Shown here: positions 56,339 through 64,000 of the stretch, piece after piece | Layout: the number at the start of each line of letters is the position of its first letter | Position numbering within the stretch: position 1 is the stretch's first letter | Source: an archaeon | GTDB taxonomy: Archaea > Nanobdellota > Nanobdellia > Pacearchaeales > DTIR01 | DNA length: 64,000 nucleotides | Reading direction: 5' to 3' | NCBI GenBank assembly: GCA_043799715.1 | Contig: JAZDNM010000003.1 | Span: 288,270 to 352,269, forward strand | Position numbers and translations under genes: made by a program | The notes under the pieces: model-generated | What the model saw: only the letters and a program-made list of their open reading frames with translations | Told to the model about the DNA's origin: nothing | The model's database searches: none

Positions 56339-56890
56339 ATGGAATACGACACAAAAGAAAATCTGAAAAAATGGGTGCATTTGATTCTGATTCTAGCGGC
56401 GTTCTTCCTGTTAGGTAGTTTTAATAATTTTGCTGAATTAATAAATGGTGCTTGGTGGATTTTTTCCTTTAATATTTTGATACTTGCTATTTATGCCGTG
56501 AAAGATGTTAGATTCGATATAAAAAGTGTAAGCGATAAAGAAAAGAGGAAGATTGTTAATGAAATAGAAAAAAATATTGAAGAAGAACAAAGAATTGATA
56601 CTATTAATAACCTTAATGAAAAGTGGAAAAAATATGAAGATAGATATGATTTATATGCTAAAATAAGAGGGGCGATAAAATTTAATTGTGGAAAATCTAT
56701 CTTAATATCCTCCCTCCTTTCTGTTTTGTATTTAATCCTCTTCTTTGTAGGTAAAGACTTGATAGGGATAGTTATTAAAGGGATTACCCCTATGAACATT
56801 ATATTATTGATAGTTTTCTTTGTTTCATTAGCCTTCCTTTTAGACTTAATCATAGATTTGGTATATTTCTTTGAAAGGAAAGATTTATAG
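56339..56890 (+). CDS. Membrane protein
   Basis: Four TM helices. Confidence 0.65.
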   Translation: MEYDTKENLKKWVHLILILAAFFLLGSFNNFAELINGAWWIFSFNILILAIYAVKDVRFDIKSVSDKEKRKIVNEIEKNIEEEQRIDTINNLNEKWKKYEDRYDLYAKIRGAIKFNCGKSILISSLLSVLYLILFFVGKDLIGIVIKGITPMNIILLIVFFVSLAFLLDLIIDLVYFFERKDL

Positions 56891-56911
56891 AGAAAAAATA
56901 TCCTACATATT

Positions 56912-57169
56912 TCACTTCTTAGATTTCTTACTGGAACTCATCAATAGCACAAAGACTATTGTAAATAGGAAATTTAAACCTGCAAGGATGTACAACTTGA
57001 TATGAGAATCCAAACTATAAAAGTAATTAAAATAGAGGGGAATATTCGTTGTAAACCCCACTTTTTGAATTATCTCTATTACCGAAGAAATTATTAATAG
57101 TAAAGCCCCCACTCCCATAAGAAGTTTGCTTTCCCTCATAATCCAATCTCCTATCTTCTTAAAACACAT
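56912..57169 (-). CDS. Small 2-TM protein
   Basis: Two hydrophobic helices. Confidence 0.55.
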   Translation of the reverse strand: MCFKKIGDWIMRESKLLMGVGALLLIISSVIEIIQKVGFTTNIPLYFNYFYSLDSHIKLYILAGLNFLFTIVFVLLMSSSKKSKK

Positions 57170-57170
57170 T

Positions 57171-57350
57171 TTAATCCATCCAAGATTTTATAATAGCAAT
57201 TATTATTCCGATAATAATCAGGATAAAGGCGAAGCTAATAAATGGTATATTTATACCAGTTGCTTTTGTTAATTCAGGAATAACAGAAGTCATAAAAATT
57301 ACTGCAATAAAGATTGCTACTATTCCCTCTATAGTCTTCTCTAAACTCAT
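57171..57350 (-). CDS. Small 2-TM protein (59 aa, missing from the ORF track)
   Basis: MSLEKTIEGIVAIFIAVIF...IAIIKSWMD. Confidence 0.55.
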   Translation of the reverse strand: MSLEKTIEGIVAIFIAVIFMTSVIPELTKATGINIPFISFAFILIIIGIIIAIIKSWMD

Positions 57351-58415
57351 AATAAAAAATAGAAATGAAGGATTAAATATTTTTCTATTTCACAAAACTA
57401 TAGTCCCGACTAACCAGTATAGCCAGTATAAATTGCGATTCTATTAGAAATATAAAAAAATCACAAAGGCAACATAGTGTAAAAAATCCTGAAAAGGCTT
57501 TTAGTAGTTGCGGGCTGAAATCCTCGTTGCCTCGGACATTACACCCCAACTCTATCAACAACGTCTTCTGCGTTGGCCTTTTTTGTGTATTTTTGCGGGC
57601 TGCTTCGTGCTTAGATGCGTTCAGCACTTATCAGTATACAGCGTAGCTGCTCTGCCTCCCACTTGAGAACAGATATACCAGAGGCTGCTAATGCACGTTC
57701 CTCTCGTACTAGTGCATCATTCCACTCACACAAAGACACTTCTTATAGATATCATACAAACTGTCTCACGACGTTCTTAACCCAGCTAACGATCCCTTTT
57801 AATGCGTGAACTCCGACACCCTTGGCTGCTTGTGCACAGCCGGGATAGGAAGAGCCGACGGCGATGTACCAAACCGCGCCGTCAATATGGACTATCGGGC
57901 GCGACAAGCCTGTTATCCTTGGGGTAACTTTTCTGACATCAACAGCGGCCATTAAAGCTGCTTGTTGGTTCGCTAAGTCCTGCTTTCACACCTGCATTCC
58001 GTACTTTTAGGAATACAGTCAGGCGAGCTTTTGCCTTTGCACTCTACTCCCCATTTCCGACGGGGATGAGCTCGCCATTGAGCCCTCCCGATATCTTTTC
58101 GGGAGGGGGCCGCCCCAGCCGAACTGCCCGCCTATCATTGTTTCTCTTGCGAGATAAGTAAACTAAAAACAGATGAGTAGTCTTACATTGTTGAGCCGCC
58201 TCGCCAAAACTACGCGTATTCTCCTACTTATTCTATGCACCTAATTTTAGTTTACAATAACAAGTTGCAGTAAAGTTCCACAAGGTCTCCGCTTCCCATA
58301 AGAAGTTTCTGGTCTTTTCACCAGACAATGGATTCAGAAGGCCCCAGTTTGGGACAGTGACTACCTAGTTACACCATTCGTGCGAGTCGCCATTCAGACG
58401 ACAAGGTATTACGCT

Positions 58416-59195
58416 CAATTTGTTATATCAGAATGCTAATTCTGAACTCTGCATGTCGCCATGCAGTTCGGACTATATCTTCATCAGGAACCAAGGTTCC
58501 CGATACCCTCCTTAGAATTTTTAATAAAATTTTTCAGGAAGCGGGTTGGTTTAAGATGTCTGACGTATAGTCTCTGAGGATTTTAGATACCTTATGGTTG
58601 GTTTCCTGTTCATTTTGGAGATTAGGCTGGCAATTTTGTTCAAGCCGTCTTTTTCAAGATGCTCCTTATTGTTCATCAGGCTTATTATTTCTGCAAATAT
58701 TCCAAAATCTTTTTTCTTTTGGGTTTGCAAAGGGTGTTCTTTGAAGAATTTGACAATTTCATTCAAATTACCCAAGCCCCTCGCCCTGAATTCCTTTCTT
58801 GTTCCATGAAAATCTTTTCTGTTTATTGTGACTTCGCCAAAACCAAAATATTCCTTGATTTTGTGCAGCACTGCCTCGTCTTTCTCATGCTGAACAATCC
58901 TGAATTCAGGCAAGACTTGCCATCCCAAGCTCATTTCAGGAATTCGGTTGATTGCTACATGAAAGCAACCTTCTCCGTCTGTAAAACCAACTATCCATTG
59001 GGCATCTAACCTTTCCTGCTGATTGTCTGCACTCATGAATTTTCACTGCATTTATTCTTTAAATAAATTTATGCAGTATCATGAGATACACAGATTTTCC
59101 AGCATATAGTCAGATTTTCTCCGCAAAGATTATTGCTAATCTTTGGGTCACCAAAAAATAATCTTATTTTATGGTGTAAGGCAATCGTAAAAATT
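58416..59195 (-). mobile_element. Group I intron at 23S position L1931 (780 nt)
   Basis: Exons rejoin as CTTAAGGT^AGCG. The 5' exon ends in U and the intron ends in G; P1 UAAGGU/GCCUUA has the U.G pair. Core elements P AUGCUGGAAA, Q AAUCAGCAGG, R UCAGAGACUA, S AAGAUAUAGUC. Confidence 0.93.
58551..59036 (-). CDS. Intron-encoded single-motif LAGLIDADG homing endonuclease
   Basis: WIVGFTDGEGCF, PEFRIVQH, YFGFGEV, PLQTQKKKDF; the ORF ends overlap the Q and R core elements. Confidence 0.93.
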   Translation of the reverse strand: MSADNQQERLDAQWIVGFTDGEGCFHVAINRIPEMSLGWQVLPEFRIVQHEKDEAVLHKIKEYFGFGEVTINRKDFHGTRKEFRARGLGNLNEIVKFFKEHPLQTQKKKDFGIFAEIISLMNNKEHLEKDGLNKIASLISKMNRKPTIRYLKSSETIRQTS

Positions 59196-61635
59196 ACCTT
59201 AAGAGCCTCACAGTTAAGCCCGCCGTTTCATGGGTCTTAGCCCCATTGAACTGAGGTTTAAAACACCACGACTGGGCAGGTTTCACCAAGTATACATTGC
59301 CTTTCGGCACAGCACTTGGCTACGTTTTTGGTAAACAGTCCGGCAGTCCTTGTTATTGAAACCTACCTCCGCATTCAATCTTTCGACAAACACGGATATA
59401 GGCACCCCTTATACCTAAGATACAGGGCTAAATTGCCGATTTCCCTAAACTGGTTTGTCCTTTCACGCCTTAGCCTACTAAGCCAGAGCACCAGTGTCGA
59501 TTCTTGGTACAGATGCACTGCATTCTCATGCAATTTTCACTGGCTCTGTGAATCGACGGGCTTACGTCACGCATTTTACCATGATTCAAATCATTACAAT
59601 CCACATGGCTGTATGCGCAAGTTTCTTTCAAAACCCCGCGTATCACAAAGCGTATGCATGAGATTAACAGCAGCGCAGTGATGGAATATTAACCATCTGT
59701 TCTTCACCATGCTCAGTTAAGGCATGGCTTAGATACTGACTAACCCTTGGCTGATTTACATTGCCAAGGAAACCGTGCTCTTGCGGCGCTTTTCTCTCTC
59801 GGAAAAGTCTGATCCTACTAACGCCAGGATTCTCATTCCTGCCCGCTCCACACTTTCTCACGAAAATGCTTCGACGCAGACAAGACGCCTATTTACCTCA
59901 ATGCTCTACCGAGCATGACTGCGGTATCGGTGGTTTGTTTAGCCCCGTCCATTTACGCCGCCTAAAATCTCGACAGGTGAGCTGTTACGCTTTCTTTAAA
60001 TGGTGGCTGCTTCTGAGCCTACATCCCTGCTGTCTCAGATTTCAGACTGACTTGATTTGCACTTAACAAACACTTAAGGACCTTAACCGCAGACTCCGTT
60101 GTTCCGGTTTCGGAGCACGAGCTTACCCCGCGCCCCTGTTTCCCGCTATGAAACCCACAGGTTCTGAGTTGGAAAAAACTCCGTAGCAAAAATGCTCTGC
60201 AAGTTCAATCCGTACTTTACCCCGCTGGCATCTTAACAGAGGCCATACTAAAGTATGTTTCAATAGGAACCAGCCATCGCCAGTTTAGATAGGCTTTTCA
60301 CCCCTATTCCCAGGTCATCCACACACATGTACATAGTAATGGTTCGGACCTCCATTCCCCGTTAGGGAAACTTCGTCCTGCCCAAGAATAGATCAACTGG
60401 CTTCGGGTCTTATCCCAGTGACTATCGCCTTTTCAGACTCGCTTTCGCTGCGGCTTCAATTTAACCTTGCCACTAAAATAAACTCCCTGGCTCGTTTTTC
60501 AAAACGTACGTTACAACTACTGTCTTACGACAGATCGCAGTAACACAACTGTAGCTGCCAGATTTCAAGATCTTTTCAACCCTCGTTAGAGGTACTTTTC
60601 AGCTTTCCCTCGCGGTACTAGTTCTCTATCGGACTTAGGTCAATATTTAAGGTTGGCTGTTAATTCAGCCGTATTCGTGCCTCCTATCCGGGGGGCACTA
60701 CTCTTCTTACTGCATTCCATATTGCGTTAATCTACGAGGCTATCACTCTCTGCGGCCTTGCATTCAAGCAAGTTCGAATCGGCAACTTAGGATAAGCAGC
60801 ACCACATCTCCCTGTCCTTTCGGCAGGGATTCAGATTGCCTTGAACCCTTTTCACTCGCTGTTACTAAGGGTATCGCTATTGCTTTCTATTCCTCGGGGT
60901 ACTGAAATGTTTTAATTCCCCCGGTGCGCATCCTTGCATCTATGCGACGCAAGAATTTCTCTGTTAGAGAAATGTTTCACATTAGGACATCTCCGGCTCA
61001 ATACTTGCTTGCAGTTCCCCGGAGCTTATCGCAGCTTGCCACGTCCTTCTTCGCGACCTAAACCAAGCTATCCACCTGGCAGCTTATTAGACGCCAAAAT
61101 ACTACATCGCCTCATATTGATTATCAGCTTCCTCCCCCAAGTGAAACTTGGGAGATTCATGTTTTTCCACAATTCGAATTTGTGAATATGATATATTGTG
61201 ATATATGATATTTGGAATCGCTTAATCTTTGTTCCAATCCATTGCTTTCTGTTTTTAATTAAAATGGATTTTCGTGATTGTATTCTGCAAATATTTCTTT
61301 CTGAAACGAGCTGTCAACATTATCTCTCGGGGTTTTTGCTGTGTTGCTTCTTATTATCGGGTAAAAATTTTCCATTCATTTTTCCTATTACCCCTTCACA
61401 TCAGAATTCAGCTTCTGAATTCCTCATGTAAGAAATGCTTTTGCATTTCTGAGCATCCTAAAATCCCAATAAACCACACAATTTAGTGTGTGGTAAACAC
61501 AAGGGATTTTTTGATATTTAATTATAAAATCAAAAAGATTGGGTATGCCTCGGCAAAATTGGGATTTTGATGGGAAACTATTGTAGTTTCTCTACCTACC
61601 TAGAGTTTCTCTTTTCTAAAGAGAAACTGTAGATA

Positions 61636-61734
61636 TGGACCCATCGGGGATCGAACCCGACGCCTCTGCCTGTCTTGATGCCCTTAAAAAGGCTATATGC
61701 AAAGGCAGCGCTCTACCAGATGAGCTATGGGCCC
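61636..61734 (-). tRNA. tRNA-Ala(TGC) in the 16S-23S spacer, with a 26-nt BHB intron (61672-61697)
   Basis: Acceptor GGGCCCA/TGGGTCC; anticodon arm CTGCC-TT TGC A|intron|A-GGCAG; nt 32-35 UUUG pair with intron CAAG between two 3-nt bulges. Confidence 0.95.
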
Positions 61735-61831
61735 ACTCTGTAATCATCATTAAAGTAAATTTAAAAATGTTTTCTCAGGCAACTGTTGTGAATAGGTTGT
61801 GCTTTACAATTGTTAATCTTATTAAAATTTT

Positions 61832-63273
61832 AGGAGGTGATCCATCCGCAGGTTCCCCTACAGATACCTTGTGACGACTTAACCTACCTTGTCATACCGA
61901 GGTTCTTTTCTTGCGAACTTCACCAAGGCATAACTCGGTTGGTTTGACGGGCGGTGTGTGCAAGGAGCGGGGACTTATTCACCGTTCGCTACTAACGAAC
62001 GATTCCTAGGGATTCCAGCGTCATGAAGGCGAGTTACAGCCTTCAATCTGGACTGGGATAGGGGTTATGGGATTAGCTTCTCCTTTCGGAGTTGCATCTC
62101 ACTGTCCCTACCATTGCCGCGCGCGTGTAGCCCAGGGGATTCGGGCCGTACTCACCTATCGTTGCCTACACCTTCCTCGTCCTTACGAACGCGGTCTCTG
62201 TATTGTGCTCTTTAACGTAGCAAATACAAATGTAGGTCTCGCCTGTTACCAGATTTAACTGGTCACCTCACGGCACAGGCTGACGACGGCCATGCAACTC
62301 CTCTCAGCGTGTCAGGTAAGCCCTTCAGACTGACCTTCATTCTGCTGTCGCTCCTGGTGAGGTTCACGGTGTAGAATCTAATTGAACCGCACGCGTCACC
62401 CCTGGTAGTGCTCCCCCGCCAATTCCTTTAAGTTTCGGCCTTGCGGCTATACTTCCCAGGTAGCGTACTCTACGGCTTCCCTACAGCACCGCATTCTCTC
62501 GAGGAGAACACGATGTTTAGTACGCAGCGTTTACTGCCAGGACTACACGGGTATCTAATCCGTTTCGCGCCCCTGGCCTTCATTCCTCACCGTCAGATCC
62601 GTTCTCGTGAGATGCCTTCGCCATTGTTAGTCCATCTAAGATTAACATATTTTACTACTACTTCAGATGTACTTCTCACGCCTCCCGGTCTCGAGCCCGG
62701 TAGTATCTCCCGCACGCCATTCTGTTAAGCAGAACGATTTCACAGGAGACTTTCCGAACGAGCTACGAATGTTTTAGACCCAATACTTGTGGCTACTACT
62801 TGGACTGCTGGGATTACCGCGGCGGCTGGCACCAGTCTTGCCCAGTCCTTATTCCTCTGTCTTTTTATAACAAAGAAAAGTCTTCTCTTGCGAGAAGACA
62901 CTTTGGCTTGCTCTGTCACCCTTGCGGGCATTGCAGAAATTTCGCGCCTGCTGCATTCCGTAGAACTAGGACTAGTGTCTCAGAGTCCTTCTCGGGGCAA
63001 CTCCGCTAAGAGCCCCTACTGATAATCGGCTTGGTGGGCAGTTACCCCACCAACTACCTAATCAGCCGCAGCCTCATCCTGAAACCCTGCGTTTAAAGCA
63101 TAACTCATTCCAGAAACTATGCCCTATCGGGATTTATCCTCACTTTCGCGAGGGTATTCCCGGCTTCAGGTCAGATTAGCTACGTGTTACTGAGCAGTTC
63201 GCACTCTTTCGAGGAACTTGCATGGCTTAGCCCAAACCAAAGAGCAGCAACCTCTAGCAGGATAAACTAGATT
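61832..63273 (-). rRNA. 16S rRNA (ends approximate)
   Basis: GTGCCAGCCGCCGCGGTAA, ATTAGATACCC, AAACTTAAAGGAATTGGCGGGGGAGCAC, GCACACACCGCCCGTC, anti-SD GATCACCTCCT. Confidence 0.98.
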
Positions 63274-63511
63274 TATTACAAAGCCTTACTCCTATTGAGC
63301 AAATTGTAAATCCTATAAAGGTTACAACTTTCAAACTTTTTGGGAATTAACTTAAAAGCACAATTAACATACCAACACTCAAAAATTTCAATAAAAAATC
63401 AAAATCTTCGGTATTGATAAAAGAAAATCACTTGTATGACTGCCGATGCATACATCATACCTTAATATGCAATAAATAGGTAACCATTAAGGCACTCATA
63501 CCAATCATTTT

Positions 63512-63551
63512 TGATATAAGGTTTCGTCAAAAATGGTTTATAAACTTTTCG
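63512..63551 (-). promoter_or_regulatory. Tandem BRE-TATA promoters for the rRNA operon
   Basis: Minus strand reads CGAAAAGTTTATAAA and CGAAACCTTATAT. Confidence 0.6.
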
Positions 63552-63618
63552 ATGATATTTTTATGCAGACAGAAATTCTGACAGAAACCTTTTTAACTCC
63601 ATTTCCCAAAATAAATAG

Positions 63619-64000
63619 ATGGCAAAAAAAAGAGCTGCATTAACAAGCAGAAAACCAAAAACCACCTGGGGAAAAATATGGGACTTTCTCTGGAATTCTG
63701 ACTCGATATTAAGCTGGATTGCTGATTTAGTTTTGCTTTATATTATCGTAAAATGGATTTTCTTTCCCGCATTAGGATTTTTTTTGTCGACCTCGATGCC
63801 CAGCCTGATAGTTGAATCTGGAAGCATGATTCATCAGGGAAACTTTGATTCCTGGTGGGAAAATTACGGATGGTGGTATACCGAGCAGAACATAACAAAG
63901 GCAGAGGTTGAAAAATGGCCCTATCACAACGGCATCAACAAGGGTGACATAGTGGTTTTAAGGGGCGCAAAGAACCTGAATATCGGGGATGTTATTATTT
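63619..64000 (+). CDS. Signal peptidase I (S26, Sec11-like), 3' partial
   Basis: TM helix, then IVESGSM and GINKGDIVVL...IGDVII. Confidence 0.85.
   Translation, partial: MAKKRAALTSRKPKTTWGKIWDFLWNSDSILSWIADLVLLYIIVKWIFFPALGFFLSTSMPSLIVESGSMIHQGNFDSWWENYGWWYTEQNITKAEVEKWPYHNGINKGDIVVLRGAKNLNIGDVII

Larger units (their letters stand above)
57480..61095 (-). rRNA. 23S rRNA (ends approximate), interrupted by a group I intron
   Basis: Sarcin-ricin loop AGTACGAGAGGAAC, P loop CTGGGGCGG, GGATAACAGGC, 5' block AAGGACGTGGCAAGCTGCGATAAGC. Confidence 0.97.

Noticed and set aside
57350..57480. 5S rRNA after the 23S
   Set aside because: AT-rich with no 5S motifs; part of it pairs with the spacer as a processing stem.
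57385..63022. ORFs within the rRNA operon other than the intron LAGLIDADG
   Set aside because: Chance frames in rRNA, spacer and tRNA sequence.
1..64000. Diversity-generating retroelement, retron or integrase/transposase
   Set aside because: No reverse transcriptase, tyrosine/serine recombinase or DDE motifs were recognised, and no adenine-specific TR/VR pair; the 45199/46253 duplication differs at non-A positions.

Overview
Archaeal genomic DNA, most consistent with a DPANN lineage (Pacearchaeota/Woesearchaeota-like). This rests on the divergent archaeal 16S/23S rRNA, BRE-TATA promoters about 25 nt ahead of start codons, a BHB tRNA intron and many short orphan ORFs. About 1-36 kb is host backbone: ATP-grasp ligase plus KamA, CysRS, tRNA-Phe, ABC-2 exporter, a fungal-type prephenate dehydrogenase, RNase P RNA, an HPr-domain fusion, VIT1 and ZIP transporters, an RbgA-like GTPase, DPP III and TspO, plus two runs of small hypothetical genes. 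About 37-46.7 kb is a variable region of toxin-antitoxin, Fic, NYN and nuclease modules, separated by a strand-biased family of covarying tandem-GA hairpins and G-rich repeats, several acting as direct repeats around gene blocks. About 46.7-57.3 kb is an AT-rich defence island. It holds an RM-like locus whose nuclease seems to use a catalytically dead LAGLIDADG domain, two methyltransferases and a coupled Zn-ribbon/membrane/TIR operon; N-terminal stubs of two lost methyltransferases lie at 46.2 and 51.2 kb. About 57.5-63.3 kb is a minus-strand rRNA operon (16S, intron-containing tRNA-Ala, 23S with a group I intron at L1931 encoding a LAGLIDADG endonuclease, no linked 5S). Its peptidyl-transferase centre differs at several normally near-invariant positions. 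All protein assignments come from motif recognition by eye; no database searches were run.
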